A stretch of 64,000 nt of DNA from assembly GCA_951406725.2 (NCBI GenBank), contig OX597815.1, positions 91,078,001-91,142,000 of the forward strand, in the 5' to 3' direction. The position numbers and the translations under genes were made by a program. The notes below the pieces were generated by a model, which saw only the letters and a list, made by a program, of their open reading frames with translations, did not search any database and was not told where the DNA came from. Shown here one piece after another: positions 27,425 through 41,177 of the stretch; within the stretch, counting starts at the first letter, position 1; each line of letters begins with the position of its first letter. The DNA is from Octopus vulgaris. Lineage: Eukaryota.

Positions 27425-28055
27425 TATATCATCATCGTCACGATACCTTAACTGATGCAGCCAGTCACTGGGCTGCCACTCTAGACGCTTTCATAGTCAG
27501 TCGATGCCACTGGTCTCTGTTCTCTATGATGCGTAACAGGTCCTTGATATCGGTAAAGAAGAAAACGAGGGGACTACTCATCTTTGAGCATGCGCACTAC
27601 CTCTTCGACTTCCTCCTTGAGAATTGGAGTGTCCCCAAATTCTCTATTGTTGTTGCTGAAATTCTCCAGGATGTTGCTGTCATGTTTGAATTTGTGATTG
27701 TAAAGCTCTTTGTAGCACTCAGACCATCTTTTGACGACGTCACTTTCCTCCGTGAGGAGCCAGCCTGTATCGTTCTCAATGATAGTGGTGATGTTATCGT
27801 TAGGATTTTGAGGTTTTCATAAGCAATCTTGCTTTTGACCTTGTTTCTCCCAACTTCGATGGCTTTGCACTGGTCTGCTATCTGTTCCTCTTTGGCTTCC
27901 CTCATTTTCTTCCAAACCTTCCTATTTACAGCATTGTATTGCTGATTTACATCCTGACCCGTTAGCTTGGACTTCCTCAGGTCCCGTCTTAAATTACATA
28001 GATCCAAGATATCATCAGTGACCCATAGTTTCTTTCGAAAGGAAAAATGCATTTT
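27425..28055 (-). mobile_element. RTE-clade LINE relic with large internal deletion
   Basis: WVTDDILDLCNLRR...MREAKEEQIADQCKAIE, LTEESDVVKRWSECYKELY, PILKEEVEEVVRMLK, then almost directly the C-terminus DLLRIIENRDQWHRL and a (GAT)n tail. Confidence 0.85.
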
Positions 28056-28291
28056 TTTACAACCCTGCTACCAAGGGGATGGTCGGTCAGTATTAACCTT
28101 AAACTAAAAAGATAAGAACATTCATTCATACATACGTACATGCATACATACATAGATACATAAATACATACATACGTATGAATACTACTCTAGTATAGAC
28201 ATAGACAGATGGACGAGCGAACAGACAGACAGATAGACAGGCATGCAGGCAGACAGACAGACAGACAGACAGACGGACGGACGGACGGACG

Positions 28292-28357
<66 letters not shown>

Positions 28358-28361
28358 TAGA

Positions 28362-28438
<77 letters not shown>

Positions 28439-28692
28439 GGACTGACGAGCAGACGAATAAAGCGCGTACAGACATCAGGCAGACAAACAGACGGGTGGAT
28501 GGATATATGTGTGCATAAAAACGTCGAAAGTCCAAATTGCAATATATCAACTAAATCAGAGTTGACCTGTGTCAAGAAACAAAATGGCAAAAAAAAAATA
28601 AGTACATTACATAATGTTGCTCTGTATACATTATATCTGAATTAAAAAAAGGCAATAGTTACAGATCGAATCTTATCTACATATCAATGAGG

Positions 28693-28880
28693 AAGGCTCC
28701 TCATGGTCGCTCGGCTTGCTAGAAACAACAGCAAATATTTCCTCGATAGCCCACTACCATCTTAGAAAACGAAAACAAACAATGGATAATACTATATGTA
28801 TTTCGTATCGGAAAAAAGGAAGAGGTTGGTCTTGACCAGAAAGACTTTGACCATATGACTGACTTGGTGCTAAACAACAG
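28693..28880 (+). repeat. Interspersed repeat (probable SINE 3' region)
   Basis: TGGTCGCTCGGCTTGCTAGAAACAACAGCAAAT...GCTAAACAAC; related pieces at 51955-52030 (+) and 56470-56620 (-). Confidence 0.55.
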
Positions 28881-29134
28881 ACATATATAACTGACAGACA
28901 TATATAACCGTGGGACAAGGAGGATCACACTCTCTCCCTCACACACATACATATATTTATGTATATGTCTGTGCGCGTATAAGTGGTATCACACAAAACA
29001 GCTTGGATAAAATATATTCGTGTAAAGTCATTTAATACGTTCGATTGTAACATTGACAGTAACAGTAAACATAACTTTACTTGAATACATACATGCACAT
29101 ACTCGCACACACATGCGCACATATTCACACACAC

Positions 29135-29241
<107 letters not shown>

Positions 29242-29339
29242 ATATGGAAACATTTAGAGTCAGATGGATATGGTACTGAAGTTGAGGCACCAAAATTTAG
29301 TACAGTATTATCCATACAATTTCAAAGTAAGGTGATTAA

Positions 29340-29546
29340 AATCAAAATAAGCAACAAGGATATCCAGAGGTAATACAGTACGATCGTTTCATGCAACTCC
29401 ATTTAATTTAAATTCTATGTCTTCGTGCAGCTGAAGATTGCTCTAAATTTTAAATTGATGTAATGATTGCATTGTTCAATTAAATGGAGTCGCATGAAAC
29501 GATCGTACTGCATTCCCTCTGGATATCCTTGTTGCTTATTTTGATT
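29340..29546. repeat. Inverted repeat formed by a PLE-type terminus and its antisense copy
   Basis: 29340-29408 is the reverse complement of 29478-29546 (69-bp arms, few mismatches). Confidence 0.93.
29426..29512 (+). ncRNA. Minimal type I hammerhead ribozyme
   Basis: Stem I TGCAG/CTGCA; core CTGAAGA (29431-29437) and GAAA (29496-29499); long stem II with AATTGA/TCAATT; palindromic stem III ACGATCGT; predicted cleavage after GUA at 29507. Confidence 0.8.
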
Positions 29547-31379
29547 ATATACATATATGTTCGTACTTGAGTAATGTCCTACTATATCTTAGTCTTTTAG
29601 TTCGGTCCTATCAGTTTTCCTGCATCAATTTGATGCGCCCTTAACTCTAAATAGCTGCTATAAGTACTGTAACCTTTACAACAGTTGCGTTAGCTTGCAG
29701 TGCTCAGTTCAAACTCCAAATGACAGTATAACTTGAGAAAGATAGAATGGGTAAACTTTATTCTCCTTAAATTTTCATTTACTCTACATTTGGTTAAAAA
29801 ATACAATCGAGAACTCATAGTATGAATTTTATTATAGGAATACTCTAACGAATTTCAATCGTTACAGCTGTGTGTTCTTAAAGTATTGCGTCAAACCATT
29901 ACTGATGCACCAAATCTGCACAATACAAGATGCTATACTTCGGTATGGAATATATTTATCTGTGGTTTAATGTAAAGATATGTGTCCCTATTACTGCTCA
30001 GAAATATATTGAATTCACTGGTGACAAAAGTTTTAACTTACTTTTACTTGTTGAACGACAGGTGCAATAATTATGTAAGTGCTAAGTTACAGTAAAACAC
30101 AAACCGAATAAGTTCCATATATGAATACATGTATAGTCTTGCTTGGTAGGAATTTTTATATAAATTCACATTTTAAATCGATTTTTTTTATACTGCAACA
30201 TTATATGTGTTTCCATAAATGGAATGCAGAAATATATTGGTTTGAAACCTCAATTCTATCATTCTAAACTAAATATAACGTCTGAATGAAATATTTCAAT
30301 AAATTCTATCTGTTAAATATGATTAAAATATCATCTGATCAAATTCTGGTCAGGTGCATTTCAAATCAATTAAACCTTGAAAAGTACCACAGGAAAATGA
30401 TTTTTTAAAGAATACAATAGAAACAGAATGTCTTTAAAGATAAGACGAACTGCACAACTGTCTGAGCAATTAATTTCGATTAACAGATTTTTATATATAT
30501 TCTCTAATTATATGAGGATACTTCGAGACATGGTTTTATCACAGATCATAATCTTTTTTCATCCTTAGCCAATATAATGAATCTTCGGTCGCATTAAATG
30601 GAATTGCTTCATTGATTGCTTCATTTACATATTTAAATTTCATTGATATCTGGCACCAAATGATAATAGGGCAGGTAATAAAAGCATGCATAGATTTAGT
30701 GCAATCCTATTTAATAGTGCGACTAATTCTCACAGTAAATGCACAACATTCCGCGTATTGCTGCCACGAGTCATAATGGCCAGATAAAAATTATAGTCGT
30801 AAATTCTTTAAAAGTTTGTATTAAATCATTACAACTGAACTGTGCTTCCCGCATTTCTTTTGTCCTACTTATCTGACAGCAAAGATTTTGGAAATCTATG
30901 AGTTGGAAAGATGAGGATTAAGATGGCGAAGAGAGTTAGAAAGTAACTCAACTGTAGAGATGCGAAATAACTGAAATTTGGTAAATAGTACAGACTTTTA
31001 TGGCAAACAGTCTTCGAAAATTAATTAGTATAACATATTATAATAAAAAGGGGTCTCTTAAGTCGTTATTTTATGTTTTGCATGGTTTATCCTGTTATGT
31101 CTTATGTGTGGGATTTTTTCTAGTGAGTCTAATCAATTGACCATATCAGTATTCTTAGCATTTGTTTGTCTCACATTTTTAGAAATATTATCTGTTAATT
31201 TTCTACCAAGCCATACTGTAACTACTATAGCTAAGCTTCTTAGGATTACAAATAATTATCTTTTACTTGTGAAATATAAAGAAAAATAGTGTATATTAGG
31301 TGCAGACTGTCTCAGTCAACGCTGTTTTAATTTAATTACAAAAGTTACAGTGAAGAGTTAGAGACATTTCTGTGTGGAT

Positions 31380-31461
<82 letters not shown>

Positions 31462-32247
31462 ATGTGTGCGTGTGTGTGTGTGTGTGCGTGTGCGTGTGTG
31501 TGCGTGTGTGTTTATTTAGAGAACCACATTTTTCGAAAGTAACCACTGATCTCGTCTCCAAATTCAATTCGTAGCCTAGCTCACAAGCGATTGAAGACAA
31601 ACGTTGGGTGCATTGTGTCAGCAACTAGGATGATGTATATATAAAATGAAGAAAATAGTCCATACTCAAATAAGCATTGAATCAATAACAGAGATAACCT
31701 CCTTAAAAATCAAATATACTGTACATATATTTTACAATGAATCGAAGTCAGTACAAGATTAGTACTTAATGTATCAACGCCAGAATGATGAAAGACTAAA
31801 TCAACCCGCGCACGAGTTGAACTCAGAAATTAGAAGAATGGGACTAAGTATTGAATAGTATTTAGTCCAAAACTATACTGATTTTGTCGCATCATCAACC
31901 TTTCATATATAATTATAAGTATCATACTTCATCAATTTCTTTTATTCTTTGTTTACTGCAAGATCTAGTGATATTTGTCATACCTACTAATTTACGTTCT
32001 CTCTCTTCACATTAATTTTAATGTCAACGTCACTTTATTTGGTAATAATAACCAGTACTCGTCACTAGATTTACAGGAGTAATTAATAGTAAGAAGACTT
32101 ATGAAATGAAGTGTAAGAACTCCTTAAGTTGTCTCCTACAATTAGCAGATAGTTGGTTAGCTGATAAGTCGTATGTATGCATGTATGTATGCATGAATGT
32201 ATGCATGTATGTATGTAGATAGCTAGCTAGCTAGCTAGCTAGCTAGC

Positions 32248-32334
<87 letters not shown>

Positions 32335-32472
32335 GTAAACAAGCAGGCAGGCAGGTGGGCGAGCAGATAGACAGACAGACAGATAAATAGGCAGACAGAC
32401 AGATAGACAGACAGGCAAGCAGGCAGGTAGGAAAGCAGACAGACATACATACAGGCAGCCAGGCAGGCAGGC

Positions 32473-32513
<41 letters not shown>

Positions 32514-32516
32514 GGC

Positions 32517-32652
<136 letters not shown>

Positions 32653-32919
32653 GTACCTTTGTATGTATGTATGTACGTATATATGTATGTACACAATTTG
32701 TACTGGAGCTGGTTGTCATGCAACTGTTGCTGATAAAATAGGAGTTAGAGGTATTTAAGGCAGTGTTATCTCTTAGCCATATTGTGTTTCTCTATGTATA
32801 GAATATAAAACTATATAAAAACGCGCGTAATGCGCGTGATACGGCTTAAGCATTGAATGAAAAAAATACTGTAGAAACGTGAAAGAAACCAATTGTAAAA
32901 GTGAAGTGTTTTTGATATG

Positions 32920-33200
32920 AGAGTGAAGGGTCATTGACTTCATTAGTTGATGTACGCAAAATTGATGAATGTGAGAATATGGTGATGACATGTGAATAAA
33001 TAAGGAATACGGAGAAAGAAATGAGTCGTTTTTAGAGCAAAGGCCACCGATGAAGACATGTGAAGTAATAGCAAAGTCAAATCTAACGATAAATTCAAAG
33101 TCCTGTGAAAATATAGCACAGGATCGCGAAAACTGGTTAGATACAAGACTGCAACCTGTGTCCATCACGAAAAGTACAGGCGTTAAACAAACGATGATGA
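32920..33200 (+). mobile_element. RTE-like LINE 3' end
   Basis: RPPMKTCEVIAKSNL...ENIAQDRENW then a (GAT)n-rich tail. Confidence 0.6.
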
Positions 33201-33274
33201 TCATAATGATGACAATATCTACTACAATAGTCGTAGTGGATAGATGATGATGATTGATGAGGAGGATTTGTCTG

Positions 33275-33482
33275 GCAAAACAACACAGCATCCATGACTT
33301 TCGGAAACAGTTCTTTACGCTCAGAATTGTTGAAGCTTGAAATAAACTACCCACATCGGTCGTTAGCTGTCGAGACACTATATCCTTTAAAACTTCCATA
33401 CTCCCTAAAGTCCGCCAACAGTACACCTAATGGTATTTTTTGTCTTAGTTGTAGTGACCTGAGCACTGTATACAACAATTAC
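33275..33482 (+). mobile_element. CR1-group LINE 3' end
   Basis: HDFRKQFFTLRIVEA*NKLPTSVVSCRDTISFKTS fits the CR1 C-terminal motif R..FF..R.V..WN.LP..VV......FK. Confidence 0.75.
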
Positions 33483-34039
33483 TTTTGTGTATATGATCCT
33501 CACGGCGAAGAAGATAAAGTAACCATGGAAATAATTAACCCTAAGAAACTGATGCGATTTGTGTTGGGATTACCCCTTCCGTTATGAATCATCCAAGCAC
33601 TTATTTTCTAAATAAGTTTTCATAAAATCTCAAGAAGGATTGCATAGGTGCTGTTATGCAATATTGCTACATGTTAGACGGTGATTGTAGAAAGTTAATA
33701 AACAAAGATTAATGTTACCTAATTTTTTGTAATGATGTTCACACAGTATGTTGACATAGGGTTAATTCTCTATGAACGACTCTTCTATGAGTGAATGTCA
33801 AAAATATTTCCTCTAAATTCAGTAGCATACATTATTCACATGTTTTTTCATTACAAGATTCTTAGACGATAAATACATCAAAAGAATTCTCTTGTCCAAG
33901 GAAGTACAAAACCTAAATTTAACCTACGTAAGTAAATCCATTCTTACACTTATTTGTCATGGTATCATTGTTATTTATTATTATACTTAGTAACATATTC
34001 TTTTTATCATTCTTCATCATCAAGATCATTTCCTTATTG

Positions 34040-34236
<197 letters not shown>

Positions 34237-35442
34237 TTTGGATTTCTCATTCAAAGAATTCCTTATTCTTCTCAACTCATTTTGAATCTTATTCTCTGGA
34301 ATTGACAGCTAAAATATATATTAAAAAAAGGCTAATAATAAAAAAAGATAATCAGAAATAATTTTTATATTTTCTGTTGAGTATGATATATGTCAGAATC
34401 ACTTTGGTAACAGTTTATTATATTTGGCAGAGTTGTTTATCTCATAGATGTTTTCCCCCCAGATTTCCAGTTAAAAATAACTTTTGTTATTGATACGTCA
34501 TATCGTAGAATATGGTTCTTTTGATCAAAGCATTTGCTTGGGAAATCATTTGCTTTTAGCTGAAATTCTAATATTGATTGTGCCATTTTTCCCTTGTTTA
34601 TCAGAGATGGCTATTTTACCGGTTAAACCCTTATTTCCTTTATATGCTTATTTTAAAATTAATTGAGATTGTTACAAACATATCACGTTAAGTATCAGCG
34701 TTAATTAATAAGAAAGAATGTGGTGGTCTTTGTTAAAGCCTGTTATGCGTGGTTAGTAATCTGTACGGTTGAGTTTTAGTTCCCAATGTATGTTAATAAA
34801 CTTGTTTTACACTAAGAGCACAAACAAATACTCTTAAGAAAAATGAACACCATAGCAGCACAAAAATCATGCTCGATCTTTATAAATTTACGGCGGTGTT
34901 GTACACAGCATTTCAATTAAGAAAAGAAGAATTAAATATTTCGAGTATAAAACGAACCAATTTCAGTTGTTTTTTCAGAACAGATCTCGGCTTCAATTCC
35001 GAAGAAATGGTTTTTCTTAAAGGCTAATAAAGTTTGGTACCAGTGTCGTCTCAAGTGTCTCCTTCAAAATGCGAAAAACCAGTACAGGCTTACCCAAGAC
35101 TCTAACAGCTACAGTCTAAGACGGTGATTAGTATTTTTTTTTTCATCTTTGGAAGAGAAAGTTTAACTCGGCAGAATTTGAAATCAGAACGCAGACTCGT
35201 AACAAATACCACGAGACGTTCTGTTCAATGTTGGGACGGCTGTCACTTTAAGAGCTTAGCTCGTATATGCAGATATAATTTGTCAGAGTAATAGTTCGAA
35301 ACGAGGTTCAGAACTGATCAATATACTTTATTTTAAACATATTATTTTCATTGAATCAGTAGGAAATTACTGTTATATTCATGCCTTTCTCCAAGGTATA
35401 AGCAAAGTATACTGAGTGATTCGGCTTCAACTGGTATCACTT

Positions 35443-35487
<45 letters not shown>

Positions 35488-35559
35488 ATTTAGAGATGGG
35501 AGACAGACAGACAGACTCTTCAACCTACTCTATAAAAAATTATATATCTCCCTCAACAA

Positions 35560-36775
35560 ACTCCTTGTAAAGGTTCGATAAAAAGTACCTCTGTATAGTT
35601 GTTCGACCTGCGAAAAATATAATCCAAATATCTTTTGTATCCCTCCAACGTCTCTAACAAAAGACAAGAAGAGAATAGACAATATAATTTTATGCTAATA
35701 TGAAAAGCTGAGATGATCTCAGCTGGAATTCTTTTCATAACAATTCAGCTCCTCGGGATTGTTCCAAACAACAATAAGAATTCTTGACAACGCTCTTTTT
35801 ATTTTAATTTCAAAATCACATGTTAATATCTGACGTTACACCAGCTAAACCACAATAAAGATGTAAGTAAAACACAGATCAAACGTTGAAGTAGTACAAA
35901 TTTGCATGTCTCATTGTTTTAGAAAATAATATATAATGAGATAAAAATATTTATAAACAGCATAGCTAGCTGATATTTTATATTTGCATTTTCGAGCTAC
36001 ATTTTCGAGTTGCTAGAAAATTCTTTCATCTATCATTGTATCATAACATCTGCTCAAGAAAAAATATCCAAACACAGTATTAAACAGGGAAAAACAACAG
36101 TCACTGCTATTATTAAATAGCCAGTGAGGAAGCTTAAAAACACGGTTGGAAGCAGGCATTTACAACTATTTCCAATAGTTAAAAAGCTTCTTTCTCCATT
36201 ACTTAATTCCATATTTTATCACTACACATATCCTAACAGTCATAGGGAATAGTCTTCTATCAAACCTTTTACGTTATATTCTGTTCACGGAAACTCTGTA
36301 GGAGCCCGTATCTTGTATAAATCTGATCTTGAATGATAAACTTAGTCACTCTAGATTTACCGATACTACCTGGACCTTGGATATTTATTGTTATGCACAT
36401 TCTGTTGCAATCATTTAATATTTCGTCTCATGTGAGTCTATCTGATGAGGACTAATCAAACTTACGATAATAAACGTATTTTGGAAAGTCAGAAACTCGG
36501 TTCCTAGATTATCCATTCTAGGTGGTCCATTTTTCCGATGTTCTTCCTAGAGGTTGGACGAAAATTTATTTTAAGTTCGCTGCCCGCATACATCTTTGCC
36601 AGTATACATTTCAGTGAAGCTTTACATAGCATCGTATCATTATCAACTGTAATTTCCAGAAAACATTGGTACCTTTTTGTCCCACTATTTCTAATTCATA
36701 ATTCTACCTTTACGGTGCTTTATTTGGCTGGAGAGTGGTACCATTGTATTGCAATGATATCTAAAATTTATTTAT
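35560..36775 (+). mobile_element. Possible strongly decayed Penelope-like element
   Basis: Lies between (TA)n arrays, has weak GIY-YIG-like traces, and carries a hammerhead-like motif at 36436-36509 near its 3' end. Confidence 0.35.
36436..36509 (+). ncRNA. Degenerate type I hammerhead motif
   Basis: TCTA..CTGATGA-G-GACT...TACG..CGTA...AGTC-A-GAAAC-tcg-GTT..TAGA; the 10.1-11.1 pair and proximal stem I are mismatched. Confidence 0.55.
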
Positions 36776-37049
36776 ATATATATATATATAGGATATAAGG
36801 ATAGAAATTACGTTGATGATTTTTATCAGGTAGCCAGCCTGCTATAAAAGTTTATAGTCAATTTATACGTTAAATTAATATTAAGCATGCTCGAGATAGG
36901 TCGTTTTCGCCCTTGGTCCCCTAATATAATTATATATATATATAAGGAATGAAAAATGCAATGCATGAAATAAAAAAACTAACCGTAACTAGTGGGATCT
37001 GAAATCATTAATATTGGGGGGGGTGAAAGAGAGAAAATTGCACTAAATC

Positions 37050-37220
37050 CACAAGTTTCTTATTCTCTCTCTGTTTATTTTTCCTTATTCCTCTCTGTTG
37101 AAGAGCGTAGGCTCGAAACGTAAAAGACTTCTTAATTTTCCGAGCGTCAAACAAATATACACCTGCTTGTTGTTCATACACCTGTCTTCGTCTTGTTTTT
37201 CTGTAAATTTCAACTATATA
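37050..37220 (+). mobile_element. PLE pseudo-LTR-like terminus with variant hammerhead
   Basis: Homologous to 59890-60060; contains CTGTTGAAGAGCGTAGGCTCGAAACGTAAAAGA (37095-37127) and ends in TATATA. Confidence 0.7.
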
Positions 37221-37439
37221 TTATACGCTCACGTGATCACCCCAGTTTTATCCTGCTTTAAGCTCCTACTCCTTGGGCTTACACATCCCAACTATTGCCT
37301 GAACTTTCTGCACCAACCCTCATCTATATACTAGCATTCCACCCGCATTACCACTGGATATACTTCCGGATTTCACTGGACTCTTCCGTTGATGAAATAT
37401 TGCTCCAATATACATCAATGCGATAAGAAAATTCCTCCC

Positions 37440-37790
37440 AGACGCTCTTTGTGCTTGGCCTGCTAGATCCCCAGACCTCACTATATGTGATCTTTTCTTG
37501 TACGGATATGTAAAAGAGCGCGTTTACGTTCTACCTCTACCCACTAACATCGAATAACAACAGCGATCAACTCGGTGGATCGTGATATGCTGACACACAT
37601 CTGGGAGTAATTCTCTTATCGCATTAATGTCGCCCGTGCTGCAGGTGGTGGCCACATTGAGCACTTGTAAGCTAGGTAATAAAAGTTGATTGTGAATAAA
37701 TACTTGTGACTTAACTGGAGTTTTCTATTGATTTTCCTTATTAAAATATTGCGTAATGAAATCGGTTCATTCTTCTTGAATAACCCTGTA
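37440..37790 (+). mobile_element. Tc1/mariner-superfamily transposon 3' fragment with right TIR
   Basis: WPARSPDLTICDLFLYGYVKERVY...AINSVDRDMLTHIWE*FSYRINVARAAGGGHIEHL*; TIR ending TTGAATAACCCTG followed by TA. Confidence 0.88.
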
Positions 37791-37794
37791 TATA

Positions 37795-37838
<44 letters not shown>

Positions 37839-37842
37839 ACAA

Positions 37843-37883
<41 letters not shown>

Positions 37884-39197
37884 TACATACACACATATAT
37901 GTGTGTGTGCTTGTATATATGCATGTATACTACGTATCACTGTTAGCGTGAATATGCATGATACACACATATATAAATATATATACATGTGTGTATACAT
38001 ATACGCACATATACATATATACATTTATATACAGTACATATATATATGAATATATATAGAGAGAGAGAGACAGACAGACAGACAGAGACAAAGGGTGAGA
38101 GAGAGAGATCCCTTCATATACTTGCAGACAGACAGCCCTCTCTTATGCATACGTCTGGAAACTGATGAACTTGATACATCTTCATAGAATGAAGTTTGCT
38201 CGGAATTGTCTGACAAAGCATACGTGCGAGAAACTCAGAGTAGCAATGGAAAGAATCAACAAATGATGTCTAATGAACATTATCTCTACATCATGCACTA
38301 AGTTTTTCTTTCTTATATGAAAGCGCGTGTGTACGTGTATTAGCGAGTGTGTATGTGTGTGTGTGCGTGTGTGTGTGTGTATCCAGGTTTGGTGGAACAC
38401 ACTTTCCATTGAATATTACACACACACATATGTATATATATATACACACACAAAACACTAACACATACATTCTACCCATTGATACATATAGCTCTTTACA
38501 ACAAATTATTTTCATCCCAAGGAGCTTGTTCTTAACCTTATGACTGAATAATAATTTTCTTTTTTAAACATAACTTCAACGCCCCCTACTCACAAACACA
38601 CAAACACAAACACACACACTCATACGCACACATGCACAAACACACACATGTACACACGCGCTCACACACACACGCACGCACACATACACACATATATACA
38701 CACACATAAAACAATTACTTCAAATCTGACATTTCTCTGTCAACCCTCCGCTTGTTGCCTGATCATCACTTATTTCCAACATCTTCTTTTGACGTGAAAT
38801 CAATCTTCCCATTTTTCTATAGTTCCGCCATTTTTTCCCTGTATTGAAATATGTCTTTTGTTCCGTATCATCAGTATTTTTCGTTTCGTTAGCATTTTAG
38901 TGGTGTGGTGGGGTATGATTTTTATTTATTTTTTCATGCTGGAGTTGACGTTATGCTTTTCTTTTATTTTGTCATACATTTTCTATGTAGAATTTCAACG
39001 AAAGAAAAGAAAAGATAATAATTCTGGTAATTGTTTGATTCTTTCTTTTAAGCACTTTATTTTTTCGTCTTATTTTTGTTTAGCTTTCTCGGTGCGAAGT
39101 GCAAGGGTCAATAACAGTGAAAGAAAGAAAAATCGTTAAAGGTAAAAAAGTTTAAGCTATTTCATGCACACACGTACACACACACATATGTGCTTAC

Positions 39198-39199
<2 letters not shown>

Positions 39200-39230
<31 letters not shown>

Positions 39231-39366
39231 TGTATGTATGTATGTATGTATGTATGTATGTATGTATGTATATATGTATGTATGTATGTATGTATATATA
39301 GATACATACATACATACATACATACATACATACATACATACATACATACATACATACATACATACA

Positions 39367-39398
<32 letters not shown>

Positions 39399-39400
39399 CA
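39200..39400. repeat. (TATG)n immediately followed by its reverse complement (CATA)n
   Basis: Direct observation; switch point at about 39295-39303. Confidence 0.9.
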
Positions 39401-39530
39401 CATACATATATTTATACATAGATGCATATATATGTGTGTGTGTGTATACAGAAAGAAAATAGAGAAAGAGAGAAACAGAAACAGATCAGTAATTTACGTA
39501 ACATATATGTGTACATGAATGTGTGTGTAT

Positions 39531-39617
<87 letters not shown>

Positions 39618-40015
39618 TATGTATGTCTGTACACATGTATATTCTTGAATACATACACACATATATATGTATCTGTGTGTTAAAAAATACAAATCAAACA
39701 GATACAGAAGTCGAGTTATCCATAGTTAAATCATTATTTCATTATTTTATTTTATTTTTTACCTTATAAAGTTAAGAAAAATAAATTTTCTGAGTTCAGA
39801 AATTTATTGCAAAATGTCTGTATTGGCACCGAAGAATCGATAACAATCGTTTATATTCTCATTATTTATTTGATGAGGTCACTGAGTGGCAAAAGCACTA
39901 AAGCGCTGGACTAAAATTTTACAGTATTTAAATGGGTCCTTTTGCACTCAGGTTTCAAACTACGCCATGGTCTACTTCAAGTTTCATATATCTAAATAGT
40001 ATTAATAATAAACAA

Positions 40016-40592
40016 GGCGGCGAGCTGGCAGAAACGTTAGCACGCCGTGCGAAATGCGTAGCCGTATTTCGTCTGCCGTTACGTTCTGAGTTCAAATTCC
40101 ATCGAGGTTGTTTAGCCCCTTGTGGGTAGTAAAGAAATGGGTATTTCGTCTGCCGTTACATTCTGAGTTCAAATTCCGCCGAGGTCGACTTTGCCTCTCA
40201 TCCTTTCAGGGTCGATAAATTAAATATCAGTTAATTTATCTGTGTTTAGCTCCTTGTAGGTGGTAAAGAAATAGGTATTTCGTCTGCCGATCCTTTCGGG
40301 GTCGATAAATTAAGTGCCAGTTACGCACTGGGGTCAATATAATCGACTTAATCCGTGTCTGTCCTTGTTTGTCTCCTCTGTCTTTAGCCCATTGTGGTAA
40401 TAAAGAAATAGGTATTTCGTCTGCCGCTACGTTCTGAGTTCAAAACCCGCCGAGGTTGACTTTGCCTTTCATCCTTTCGGGGTCGATTAAATAAGTACCA
40501 GTTACGCACTGGGGTCGATATATTCGATTTAATTCGTTAGTCTGTCCTTGTTTTCCCCCTCTGTGTGTAGCCCCTTGTGGGTAGTAAAGAAA
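40016..40592 (+). mobile_element. Four-unit Deu/Nin-like SINE array bounded by one 12-bp direct repeat
   Basis: One head, units restarting at GGTATTTCGTCTGCCG (about 40140, 40274, 40411); TAATAATAAACA at 40003-40014 and 40593-40604. Confidence 0.9.
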
Positions 40593-41177
40593 TAATAATA
40601 AACAGAAAGAGTATATTAAATCAATTACACCTATTTCCCATAAACAATAGTCTTTCAACCAATTTTTGAAATCGTTTTTCATTTCATGGAAAGTGCTATG
40701 AGGGAAGAATGAGTAGAGCGCCAGACAAAATGCCTTGTACTATTTAGTTACATCTCCGTGCTACCTGAGGTTAAGTTCTGCAGAGGTTGAGTTATCATTT
40801 AATACCCCCAGAGATTGGTAAAGTAAGTTCCAGTTAAATACTGCGCTCGAATCAACAGGCTACATACTTCCTATAAACGTATGGCCTTATGCTAATATTT
40901 CAAATACGTATTCGTTAGAAGCGTAGTATTTATTGCCGACTATGAACTGAACGATCTTCAATATTTGAAAATCACTTTCGATTCTATGTTAAACCCAAAT
41001 ATACTCGTGGATATATGTGTCACTTTTATATTTAAAATATTAACTTAATAAATGAAAGTGTAGTGATACGCAATAAAGTACTAGACTAAATACTTTCCAA
41101 TGATAAATTTTATCCTTCAATATTCTTAGTTGAAAGACTAGGAGGGTCGATTTTGTCAATTATGTATACCTTATAAT

